Positions 11,012 to 19,515 of a DNA stretch of 50,655 nt are shown one piece after another. Source of the stretch: a virus (lineage: Duplodnaviria; Caudoviricetes). Every line of letters begins with the position of its first letter. Position 1 is the stretch's first letter. The notes under the pieces are model-generated. The model saw only the letters and a list, made by a program, of their open reading frames with translations, was not told where the DNA came from and did not search any database. The stretch spans positions 1-50,655 of IMG/VR virus record IMGVR_UViG_3300037459_000262; one strand, written 5' to 3'. Made by a program: the position numbers and the translations under genes.

Positions 11012-13096
11012 CTAGGAAGATGCTTGTAATCCTAAAGTAGCTAATTGTGCAAGAATTGAATTAATTGTATCTCTTGCTTGTGTATCAACAGTTGTTCCTC
11101 CAGACGGATCTGCAATATGGTCTTGTTGTATTATAGGAGTGGTTCCATAAAATGCCAATTTCTGGGATGTTGAAGTTCCAATCTGTGTTCCATTTGTAGT
11201 ATTTAGTACAATATTGGCTCCATCACTCATGATAAGACTAGTTCCAAATGTTTGATTTACAGAAAATGTCTGAGCTATTCCAAGTAATGCAAATGTATCA
11301 TTTGTAGAAAGATTAGGGAAAGATACTGTACTGTTTATACTATTAAGATCGCCTGAAGCAATACTAAGCTGGTTTGCATCTTCTCCATCGGTTCCTGCTC
11401 CAGCACCTAAATTAGCTCCTGAAGTTAGCAGATTTGTTACAGAAGAAGAAGCTAATAATACATTTTGACCAACAGTACCAGTTATACTTGCAGTAAGTGT
11501 GACTATTACACCTAATGAAGTTGCATCTACATTTACAATCGCAGTTGGAATACCTTGTCTGGTATCATTATTGATTGAATCTGCCAAGTCAGTAGCAGTT
11601 TCAGTATTAGTTCCTGAACCATCAAACTGTGTATTATCGGCTTTGGTTCCATCAACAGCAGTGTATACTAAATTAGAGTAAAGTGTTACAGTATCACCAC
11701 CATCTGTACCGCCTAATAATGTAGTGGATGATATTTCAATAGATCCAGTTGTGTTTTCAGACATTGTAATTGAATTTCCTGCAACTCCTACAACATTAGT
11801 AATGACAGTTACTTCGTTAGTTGAAACAGTAGATGAAAGGTCACCCGTATCACCTACTCTAATATCTGCATTAATTGCATCATCTAGAGCTTCTGCAGCT
11901 TCATCATTAGTTCCTGAAACATCAAACTCACCTTCAATAGGTGTTGCTAGGGGGTTTGTTACTGGTGAATATTGTAATTCGTTAAGGGTTACCTCATCAG
12001 ATACATCTAAACCACCAGTTAATGTGGGTCCACTTACTACTGTTCCTACATTAGCTACATCTTCTGCTAAAGTAATAGCATCACCAGTTGCTGCAACTAG
12101 AGTAATTGCAAAGACAGTGATAACGTTTGCTGATACCTCTGCACGAACTACTGCCTCATCTCTAGAGTTGATTGCTGCTGCAAGTGCTACTGCATCTGCT
12201 GAATCATCACCATCAATAGAGAATTGTGTGTCATTTGCTGCTGTACCTGTTACTGCTGTATAGATAAGTGAGTTTACAGTTATTGTTTCAGTATTTGCAA
12301 CACCGACTAGTGTTACTTCACCAAATGAGTGTGTTGCACCTACCACACTTGCTAGTGTAACTGTTCCTTCTGCAAAAGTGCTTAAATCAGGTGTTGCAAT
12401 AGTTACAGTTCCATCTGCTTTTACACCTCCACTGTCTATTTTAAAAGTCTCAGTAGTTCTAATATCACCATTAACATCAAGCTGGAAACTAGCAATAGCC
12501 TTACCTATGGCAGTATTGCCACCCTGTCTGTTAAAGAAGGTAGTTGACTGAAAAGATCCGAGTTGTGACTGTAGTTGGTTACCATTAGAATTAAAAAATT
12601 GAGTATTGTTATTCCCTGTAGAACCACTCTGTAAACCAAATCTGGTTACAGCATTACTATTCGTCCCATCATCTAATGGTATTACCATAATATCCATAAA
12701 GGCAGTACCTGATGTTGAACGCCTATACTGCCAGTCAAATTCCTGACCCATATTCTGTTGAACGGTACCACCAAACCCCGTCATTCTAAACTGGGCTACT
12801 CCTAATTCATCCATATCAGATATGTGTAATTCAAAACCAGTCATCTGGTCTGTACCGATTCCTATATTGTTAGCATTGACAATACTAGAAAAGTTAAGGT
12901 CTTGCGTTAATCCTGAATCGTATATGTTTGATTCATCAAGTAATGCAACATTAGCATTAGAAGTACTCTTTACTACTGAAAATTTTACTCTTTTACTTTT
13001 AGTTGCATCACTTAGATCAGCAGAATCTATCATCAAAAACTCATCGTCATCAACGATTGTGTCTTTTACTGGTTGAACAGACCATTTCTCAGCCAT
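11012..13096 (-). CDS. Fibre/spike-like structural protein with internal repeats (694 aa)
   Basis: Three ~100-aa repeats (YTAVxGT..DTQF...A..LA.AIN). C-terminal QIGTSTSQKLAFYG...DTQARDTINSILAQL is fibre-like. Confidence 0.6.
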   Translation of the reverse strand: MAEKWSVQPVKDTIVDDDEFLMIDSADLSDATKSKRVKFSVVKSTSNANVALLDESNIYDSGLTQDLNFSSIVNANNIGIGTDQMTGFELHISDMDELGVAQFRMTGFGGTVQQNMGQEFDWQYRRSTSGTAFMDIMVIPLDDGTNSNAVTRFGLQSGSTGNNNTQFFNSNGNQLQSQLGSFQSTTFFNRQGGNTAIGKAIASFQLDVNGDIRTTETFKIDSGGVKADGTVTIATPDLSTFAEGTVTLASVVGATHSFGEVTLVGVANTETITVNSLIYTAVTGTAANDTQFSIDGDDSADAVALAAAINSRDEAVVRAEVSANVITVFAITLVAATGDAITLAEDVANVGTVVSGPTLTGGLDVSDEVTLNELQYSPVTNPLATPIEGEFDVSGTNDEAAEALDDAINADIRVGDTGDLSSTVSTNEVTVITNVVGVAGNSITMSENTTGSIEISSTTLLGGTDGGDTVTLYSNLVYTAVDGTKADNTQFDGSGTNTETATDLADSINNDTRQGIPTAIVNVDATSLGVIVTLTASITGTVGQNVLLASSSVTNLLTSGANLGAGAGTDGEDANQLSIASGDLNSINSTVSFPNLSTNDTFALLGIAQTFSVNQTFGTSLIMSDGANIVLNTTNGTQIGTSTSQKLAFYGTTPIIQQDHIADPSGGTTVDTQARDTINSILAQLATLGLQASS

Positions 13097-13281
13097 TATG
13101 TAGTTACTCCTTCATACTCCATGATTATACCGCTCTCAAATGCCATCTCAATTCCTTTCTCAAGTAACATATCAGTAGGTCCTGTATCTCCAGTAGTGCT
13201 ATCCATAAAATTTTGAGGAGGATAATCAGAGTTGGTAACTAGACTTTTGTTTCGCCCTTGTGAAAAATAGTGACGTGTCAT
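13096..13281 (-). CDS. Small virion protein with conserved N-terminal ...PPQ peptide (61 aa)
   Basis: TAATG-coupled on both sides. N-terminus is similar to 13626..14546 and 14546..14911. Confidence 0.6.
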   Translation of the reverse strand: MTRHYFSQGRNKSLVTNSDYPPQNFMDSTTGDTGPTDMLLEKGIEMAFESGIIMEYEGVTT

Positions 13282-13412
13282 TATTTTCTCCCAAAGATTC
13301 TGAGAATATTTATAATGAAAGTTGGGGTTTTCTTTTGAATTGGAATAGTCTTTTCAGGAATTTCTATAATTGGCTCAATGCAAATTTCAGGAACTGGTGG
13401 TGGTGAAGTCAC
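13281..13412 (-). CDS. 43-aa mini-protein, shortened paralog of 14546..14911
   Basis: Below the track cutoff. GTG at 13412 gives MTSPPPVPEICIEPIIEIPEKTIPIQKKTPTFIINILRIFGRK*. Late promoter motif 33 nt upstream. Stop overlaps the next ATG. Confidence 0.55.
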   Translation of the reverse strand: MTSPPPVPEICIEPIIEIPEKTIPIQKKTPTFIINILRIFGRK

Positions 13413-13479
13413 TACAAAAAAGTATAATTTTAAAATAAAGGTATTAACGAATTTAAGAATTGAATTTATTTAAAATTTA

Positions 13480-13560
13480 TACGATTCATACATCAAGAAT
13501 CATGCTCCAAACTGTAGATGAAGTCACACAAAAAATTCTATTTTTGGAATAAGTATTTTG
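13480..13560 (-). pseudogene. Deletion relic of the 14915..15781 gene with a degenerate promoter
   Basis: AAGAATCATGCTCCAAACTGTA (matches 14910-14931, the gene end) is joined directly to TAGATGAAGTCAC (matches 15769-15781, the gene start). A decayed promoter (GAATAAGTATT) follows. Confidence 0.6.
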
Positions 13561-13625
13561 GATTTAAAAAACATTTAAGATTTTTATTTTTTTAATTCAT
13601 CTAAAGTATTTTTTTTAAAGTCATC

Positions 13626-14546
13626 TTATGGTGTTCCCCAGTATGTTTTTTGGTCATCTTCCAAAATTGTTCTTGATGTAAATTCTTGAGATGAATAAAA
13701 GATAACTTCACCGATTGTACCTTCCCACGGCTCAGCACCTGATTCTGGTTGCTTTCTTGCAAATATTCCAAATGGTACATTAAGAGTTTTTAATGTATAA
13801 CTAAATGCCGTTGTACCTTGTGAAACACCATCTTGATAATATCTTATCAAGCCCTGTTCGATTGGGGTTAATTCAACAAAGCCTGATGCTTGTTGATATA
13901 ATTCAAAGATTGCACCACCAACTACGTTTAGATTACTTTGCATAACTATTTGTCCATTATCAGTCATCCCACCTCGTCTGCCTATAAAGAATCTGGCACT
14001 AGGACCATTATCAATACTAACTGCTCTCATTGCAGTGCCTAGTGATGGACCATTCTCAAGACTAACAAGAAAAACTGAAATGTCAGCAACAGCACCGAAA
14101 TTCCCTGCGGTAAACATAACTACTGTGCCACTTCTTGCATCTAAAACTGCTCTATTTGATGCACCTTCTGTTAAAACTACACCAGCAGATACTATTTGCG
14201 GTTGTCGTATGAAAGTTGCTTGAATTACATCATTACCATTTCCACTTTGATCAAACCATGTATCAACAAAACCATCATCATTACCTACAAAAGCCAACAA
14301 TGCAGTAGTATCTAAATCACCATTAGAATCAAAAGGAATATCATCAGTTGCATTATCACTACTTCGTCTAACTTTCATAGCAAATCCAGTATAAGCACTT
14401 CTTAATTTTCTAGTAGAATAAGCATGAGTTGCACCAGGTACTAAATCCAAAGGCAGTACAACACCAAGAATTTCACCTTGCGGAGGATTATTTGTATTGG
14501 TTGTAAGAGATTTTGGAAATCTTTGAGGATGATATGCACGAACCAT
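13626..14546 (-). CDS. Virion protein with LamG/arabinofuranosidase-B-like (concanavalin-fold) domain
   Basis: AYSTRKLRSAYTG..KVRRSSDN...DTWFDQSGNGND and GTIGEVIFY are motifs common in phage glycan-binding domains. Confidence 0.65.
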   Translation of the reverse strand: MVRAYHPQRFPKSLTTNTNNPPQGEILGVVLPLDLVPGATHAYSTRKLRSAYTGFAMKVRRSSDNATDDIPFDSNGDLDTTALLAFVGNDDGFVDTWFDQSGNGNDVIQATFIRQPQIVSAGVVLTEGASNRAVLDARSGTVVMFTAGNFGAVADISVFLVSLENGPSLGTAMRAVSIDNGPSARFFIGRRGGMTDNGQIVMQSNLNVVGGAIFELYQQASGFVELTPIEQGLIRYYQDGVSQGTTAFSYTLKTLNVPFGIFARKQPESGAEPWEGTIGEVIFYSSQEFTSRTILEDDQKTYWGTP

Positions 14547-14911
14547 TATTTTCTCTTAAAGAACCAAACGAATTTTTTGAGGACTCTAGAGAACCAAGAT
14601 TTTGGTTGTGTTTTTTCAATTATCTTTACAACTTTTGGTTTTGTAACTATTTTGGGTAATGTTGGTTTTGTAACTATTTTGGGTAATGTTGGTTTTGTAA
14701 CTATTTTGGTAACTATTTTTTCTTCTTTTACGCAAATTTCTGAAATTGGTGTAGTATCTTCAATTGGAATATCAATTACTTGAGGTTGTGACTCTGTAAT
14801 TTGAGATTCAGAAATTATTGAATCTGGAGGAGGAGGAGGATCTTGTGGTGGATTATTTGTGTTTGCTGTAATGCTTCTGCCTGAGCGTTGTGGCTTGTGT
14901 GAATAAATCAA
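14546..14911 (-). CDS. Pro/Lys-rich small protein with amphipathic C-terminus (121 aa)
   Basis: N-terminal PQR..S.T.NTNNPPQ, KIVTKPTLP repeats, C-terminal SWFSRVLKKFVWFFKRK. Confidence 0.55.
   Translation of the reverse strand: MIYSHKPQRSGRSITANTNNPPQDPPPPPDSIISESQITESQPQVIDIPIEDTTPISEICVKEEKIVTKIVTKPTLPKIVTKPTLPKIVTKPKVVKIIEKTQPKSWFSRVLKKFVWFFKRK
14635..14712. repeat. 27-nt coding tandem repeat (about 3 copies)
   Basis: TTGGTTTTGTAACTATTTTGGGTAATG repeated; encodes KIVTKPTLP on the minus strand. Confidence 0.85.
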
Positions 14912-14914
14912 GAA

Positions 14915-15781
14915 TCATGCTCCAAACTGTACTAGATGTGCTCTAAGGAAATTAACTGAAAGTAAATCACTACCTGTACCGCTTTCTAATTTTAAATTGA
15001 TACTGTCATCTGCCTCTACATCAATATCAAATCGATAATATCCATTAGTAATTATTTGAGAATCATTATCTGCATTAAGTGCTCCTTTTGCAACATCATT
15101 ATTAAAAACGACTATAGTTCCTGGAGATGTATCAAATACAAAGGCAAAGTATAATCGTAAGATTCCTCCACCACCAGGAAATACCAACGAGTTTGTAATT
15201 ACAATATTATTCTTCAAAATATTCACAGATGATGTAAGAGATGCAATTGTTACAGCAATTACAGCATTACTCCCTCCACCTGAACCAGTAACATTAACAG
15301 TTGGTAGAGTAATGTACCCTGAACCTCCAGTAGATAAAGTAATTGAATCAACTTCACCACCATTTATTGTAGCAATAGCAGTAGCTCTTACTCCAACTGG
15401 AGCTGAACCAGTACCAATAATTATTGATGGTACTGAAGATGAAGTGTAACCTGAACCTGGATTAGTAATTGTAATTGAGATAACTTTACCGTTACTTAGA
15501 TTAGCAGTAGCAGTAGCAGTTGTACCAGAGACAGGATCCTCAATAGTTATTGATGGTACTGAAGTGTAACCAGCACCCTCATTTGTAACAGTAATAGAAG
15601 AGACAGTGCCTGCAACATCAATAGTAGCATTAGCAACAGCTAGTATTCCAACGGGGTCTGTATCACCATCAAAAGTTACAGTAGCAGTTCCAGAATAACC
15701 ACTACTACTTGTAACGCTAAGTGAAGTAACAAACCCTACAAAATCAATACTAACTGGTTGTGGATAAATAGATGAAGTCAC
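14915..15781 (-). CDS. Structural protein built of GSGY repeat modules (288 aa)
   Basis: Four SITxTNxGSGY..P.(I/V).I repeats. Own late promoter motif. Confidence 0.6.
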   Translation of the reverse strand: MTSSIYPQPVSIDFVGFVTSLSVTSSSGYSGTATVTFDGDTDPVGILAVANATIDVAGTVSSITVTNEGAGYTSVPSITIEDPVSGTTATATANLSNGKVISITITNPGSGYTSSSVPSIIIGTGSAPVGVRATAIATINGGEVDSITLSTGGSGYITLPTVNVTGSGGGSNAVIAVTIASLTSSVNILKNNIVITNSLVFPGGGGILRLYFAFVFDTSPGTIVVFNNDVAKGALNADNDSQIITNGYYRFDIDVEADDSINLKLESGTGSDLLSVNFLRAHLVQFGA

Positions 15782-15813
15782 TACAAAAAAGTAATAATTT
15801 AAAATAAAGGTAT

Positions 15814-16149
15814 TTAGGATTTTATGTCTTTGAATTTTTTGCTACTAGTTTTTGTTTTTGGTGATGTGTCTCTAGTTGGTGATATAATACCTGAGTTTGG
15901 TGATATGTCTGAGATTGTTTCAGGTGATGCTGAGATTGTTTGTTCTTCTTTTTTTGTTGTTTGAGTTTTAGTTGTTCGAGAAGGAGAAGGTACCACTATT
16001 GGTTTTCCAATTTCTTTTACTGCACCATAACTATCACCACATTTAATTCCACGAGCTAGACCTATTGCATGATTGAGTTGCTTTCTTGCTTGCTCAAAGG
16101 TGTCAGATTGTGCAGTTGCACCACATCTATTACATTTTGCTTTGGACAT
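15814..16149 (-). CDS. Small Cys/His metal-binding protein with low-complexity tail
   Basis: CNRC...H...C motif directly downstream of the capsid gene. Confidence 0.5.
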   Translation of the reverse strand: MSKAKCNRCGATAQSDTFEQARKQLNHAIGLARGIKCGDSYGAVKEIGKPIVVPSPSRTTKTQTTKKEEQTISASPETISDISPNSGIISPTRDTSPKTKTSSKKFKDIKS

Positions 16150-16153
16150 ATTA

Positions 16154-17365
16154 CTAAGTTACTTCGTATGAAGTAATCTTAAAAGCACCTTCAGGATGTG
16201 CTTGTTTGATGTCGATTCTTACTACAAGATCACTCTGATAAAGACCCCCAACTGACAAATCGAAATTTTCTATCGTTAAATCTTCCCTTAATCCCGTTAC
16301 AAGGGCAATGTCTCTCTTTGTAATCATTACAGTTCCTGCTTCTATCTGGGGAGTTTCCCAGACTGCTCTTAGACCAAGTGATTGTGCTAATCCTGAATTA
16401 TTAATTACATCAGTGTCATCAGTTGGTCCTAACTCAAATCTGTTAAAGAACGGATAGAAACCGCCAGTAGATGCAGTCTTTACAGTTAGTGCTGCATCAG
16501 ATGGATTCATAAACATTGTATCTGCTCGATTCCGTAAAGTCCCTGGGAACCTTGAACGAATAACTTCAACTAGAGCTTCTAGTTCTTTTTGAACTGGAGT
16601 ATCATTATGAAGTGCAGCTTTAGTTGCAGTGTTTGATGGTCCAGTTGTTTGTGAAACTAGTGTATCAATAATTTCTTTACCTATCATAAAATAAAATTCG
16701 TTACCTGCGTTCTTTAGCGATTGTTCAACGCTCAAAAAATTATTATCTTTTACGTCATTTCTGTTTACAGATATAGTTCCACGAAATGAATTGTTTGTAC
16801 CACTGGTATCTAATTCTACAGTTTCAATTTTTCCACCTATAGCTGGAGGTACACCGCCAGCTTCTTTGTAGATGATTAGTCCTTTCTGATCAGTTGGTGA
16901 ACCGCCAACCGTATCTGTATATTTTGTAATTGGGACATTAACTTTTGGAGAATCCATATCTATCAATCTTGAATATTGCTTCCAATCTGACCATGGTTCT
17001 GCTCCCTCGAGTATCTCATCTGCAATTTTTAATGCAGACAATGAGTTTGGAACTGAAACTGTTTCTCGTAGTTCCTTTCCTGCAATTCTCATGTTACCTT
17101 TGGCCTCATCACCTATTCTGATACCATAGCGATGCTTCCAGATTGTAGGTAAGTTTGGATTTAGTCTACCTTCTTCAAATCCATTAGGGTGAGTTCTATC
17201 AAAGAATACTGAAAGTGGTGTTTCTCTGATTGGTCTAAATATATCAAATGCATATCCTGCTCTTTGTTGTGCCTCTGCACTAGCAACTAGTGCCTCTTGG
17301 ACATGTGCCATTTCTTTTAATTGTAATATGGATTGCCTGTTGTGTTTTGGACGAGAAGTAGCCAT
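16154..17365 (-). CDS. Major capsid protein (HK97-fold, inferred)
   Basis: 403 aa, after scaffold and decoration genes. DTMFMNP...LGLRAVWETPQIEAGT..I.KR...REDLTIE resembles HK97-type capsid C-termini. Confidence 0.75.
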   Translation of the reverse strand: MATSRPKHNRQSILQLKEMAHVQEALVASAEAQQRAGYAFDIFRPIRETPLSVFFDRTHPNGFEEGRLNPNLPTIWKHRYGIRIGDEAKGNMRIAGKELRETVSVPNSLSALKIADEILEGAEPWSDWKQYSRLIDMDSPKVNVPITKYTDTVGGSPTDQKGLIIYKEAGGVPPAIGGKIETVELDTSGTNNSFRGTISVNRNDVKDNNFLSVEQSLKNAGNEFYFMIGKEIIDTLVSQTTGPSNTATKAALHNDTPVQKELEALVEVIRSRFPGTLRNRADTMFMNPSDAALTVKTASTGGFYPFFNRFELGPTDDTDVINNSGLAQSLGLRAVWETPQIEAGTVMITKRDIALVTGLREDLTIENFDLSVGGLYQSDLVVRIDIKQAHPEGAFKITSYEVT

Positions 17366-17367
17366 GT

Positions 17368-17898
17368 CTATGGTGATCCTTCCCTTTGAATATCGACTGC
17401 AATAATGTCAGTCTCACCCGAAGCTACTGGTTGTAATGCTCGTGCAATAACAAACAGGCCAGCAGTTCCAACTCCTTGAACTAATGTACCACTAACAGAA
17501 CCTTCACTAGGAGCTAACGCATCTCCAACTGAAATATTAGCTCCACCTCCAGTAGTGTTAAATCCAGTTACTCTAGCTAAACATCTTCCCTGAGTAACAA
17601 CTACAACACCTTGTCCTGCACTAGCAGTTGCTCGTGTTGAATCATCAGTTGCAGTTGAGCCATCACCATAAATTCCATCAGTGTCGCCACCAACTGCAAT
17701 ACCATATGCTGATTCAGTGCCGCCTCCAGTTGTCTCTTCAACTCGTGGTAAGAGTTCACTAGAAATAGTAGGAGTTACAAGATCTTTTAGTTTAAGAAGA
17801 GAACCCATCGTAATTGCATCATCGGCAATTACGTTAATTACAGAACTTGCATTGTGATCAATTGGTCCCCTTGCTAGTCCTGGAAATTGATTAGTCAA
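17368..17898 (-). CDS. Capsid decoration/cement protein
   Basis: Gly/Ala-rich; ADDAITMG...GIAV...VVVVTQG...ISVGDAL...IARALQ. Immediately upstream of the major capsid gene. Confidence 0.6.
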   Translation of the reverse strand: MTNQFPGLARGPIDHNASSVINVIADDAITMGSLLKLKDLVTPTISSELLPRVEETTGGGTESAYGIAVGGDTDGIYGDGSTATDDSTRATASAGQGVVVVTQGRCLARVTGFNTTGGGANISVGDALAPSEGSVSGTLVQGVGTAGLFVIARALQPVASGETDIIAVDIQREGSP

Positions 17899-18130
17899 TG
17901 TAAAGTAATAACTATTCTGTTTAAAGGTATTAAGACATACAAATATTATTTTACAAAAAAATATTTTATTTTTTGCAAAATACTTTAATGTAAATGTTGT
18001 AAATTATTTGTTACAAAAAATATTATTACAATAAAAAATTATACATATAACTTTTCAAATAAATTACACAATAATTACAAAACAAAGTATAAAATAAAAT
18101 TATAATTTTTTAAAAATATCTAATTAATTA

Positions 18131-19282
18131 TTAATTATACATTGGATTCTTTTGACTGTTTAACATTTTATCCATGTTTTCAATTTCTGATCTTGCGATT
18201 GCAACCTTGTTTCTCTGATAGTTTGGAAGTGGTTGCACTCCAACAAATGTTTGACTTTGTTGATGAGCTTCTGCAAATCCTTGTAGTGGGGTACTAGGTT
18301 CTGTTGTTTCTCTAAACTTTGCAGTTGCGTTTTGTCGCAATGTATCCAAGTCAAGTTTCATAGAACCATTATTAGTTACTGCTTCTCTTATGTCTACTGA
18401 AAGTTTTTTAATTGCATTTTTTTGATTTACAAATGCCTCTCTTTGTTTTAGAATTGCATCTCTTTGTTGGGAAATAACTCTATTTAGTGGTATTACAACT
18501 TTGTTGTGATATTTTCTCATTTCTTGCTGGACTGTATACTGCATTTGTCTCATCATTTGGTTAGTATCCATTGGTGGTGGTGCTGGCATTCCTGCACCCA
18601 TTTCTCTTGCAATATCAGGCATCAAACCAGCTCCTGCACCCATGTCACCACCCATATTGCCATTGCCGCCCATGTTACCGCCCATATTGCCATTGCCGCC
18701 CATGTTACCGCCCATATTCTGTATAGGTGGCAATCCAGGCACAATCATTCCATTAGTCTCACTCCACTGGTTTACAGTACCATCCATGTCCTGCATTGGT
18801 TTCTCACCATTAGTGGTGTCAACTCCTTGAGCTGGATATGGAGCAACATTATCAGTTGATTGCTCAGAACCGTCTTCTCTTGGTCCGTTATTGTGATTAT
18901 CTAAAACTTCTTCATGTAATTTGTGATCATCTTTATCATCATCTTGCTCATGTAATTTTTTGAAAACATCATCGCCTTCATGTTCTTCATGTAATTTTTT
19001 TTCATTGTTATCATCTTCTTCTTCTTTTAATTTTGGTGCACTAATTCCATCATCTACATCAGGTCCAAGACCAGGATCAGCTTGGTTTTCATCTTCAAGT
19101 TCTTTGATGGCTGACTCCATAAATGAATAAGCATGATTTCTTTGTTGAGGATCAGCGGAGCTTGATAATGCAAGTGCAGTCTCTACTAATTTTTTAACAG
19201 CAGGACCAGCTCCCAATTTAGTTAGAATAGGATCAGCTTGTCCCATAGTAGCACATTCTTGTAATTTTTTAATGAGTCGCAA
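18131..19282 (-). CDS. Capsid scaffolding protein (383 aa)
   Basis: Acidic/disordered middle with KLHEE repeats, MGGNGNMGG repeats and a C-terminal coiled coil. Lies between the protease and capsid genes. Confidence 0.55.
   Translation of the reverse strand: MRLIKKLQECATMGQADPILTKLGAGPAVKKLVETALALSSSADPQQRNHAYSFMESAIKELEDENQADPGLGPDVDDGISAPKLKEEEDDNNEKKLHEEHEGDDVFKKLHEQDDDKDDHKLHEEVLDNHNNGPREDGSEQSTDNVAPYPAQGVDTTNGEKPMQDMDGTVNQWSETNGMIVPGLPPIQNMGGNMGGNGNMGGNMGGNGNMGGDMGAGAGLMPDIAREMGAGMPAPPPMDTNQMMRQMQYTVQQEMRKYHNKVVIPLNRVISQQRDAILKQREAFVNQKNAIKKLSVDIREAVTNNGSMKLDLDTLRQNATAKFRETTEPSTPLQGFAEAHQQSQTFVGVQPLPNYQRNKVAIARSEIENMDKMLNSQKNPMYN
18642..18718. repeat. 30-nt coding tandem repeat (MGGNGNMGGN)
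   Basis: CCCATATTGCCATTGCCGCCCATGTTACCG, about 2.5 copies. Confidence 0.85.
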
Positions 19283-19515
19283 TAATTTGTAATGTGTATT
19301 TAGTTTAAGGGTATTTTCAATTTAAGAAATGTTTAACAAAGAATTTTAATTTTATTTTTTTGTAAAAATACTTTAATGTAGATATTACAAATTAATTATT
19401 ACAAAAATGTTTTTGTAAATTATTTAAGATAGATTTTCTAAAATGCCCAGATGCGTTGGTATTCACGATTTTTTTCGATACTCCATCCCATTTACTAATT
19501 TAATAATTATTAGAC

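Noticed and set aside
2620-15740. Diversity-generating retroelement template/variable repeat pair among the repeated tail modules
   Set aside because: No reverse transcriptase in the window, differences are not adenine-specific, and all copies are in-frame coding.
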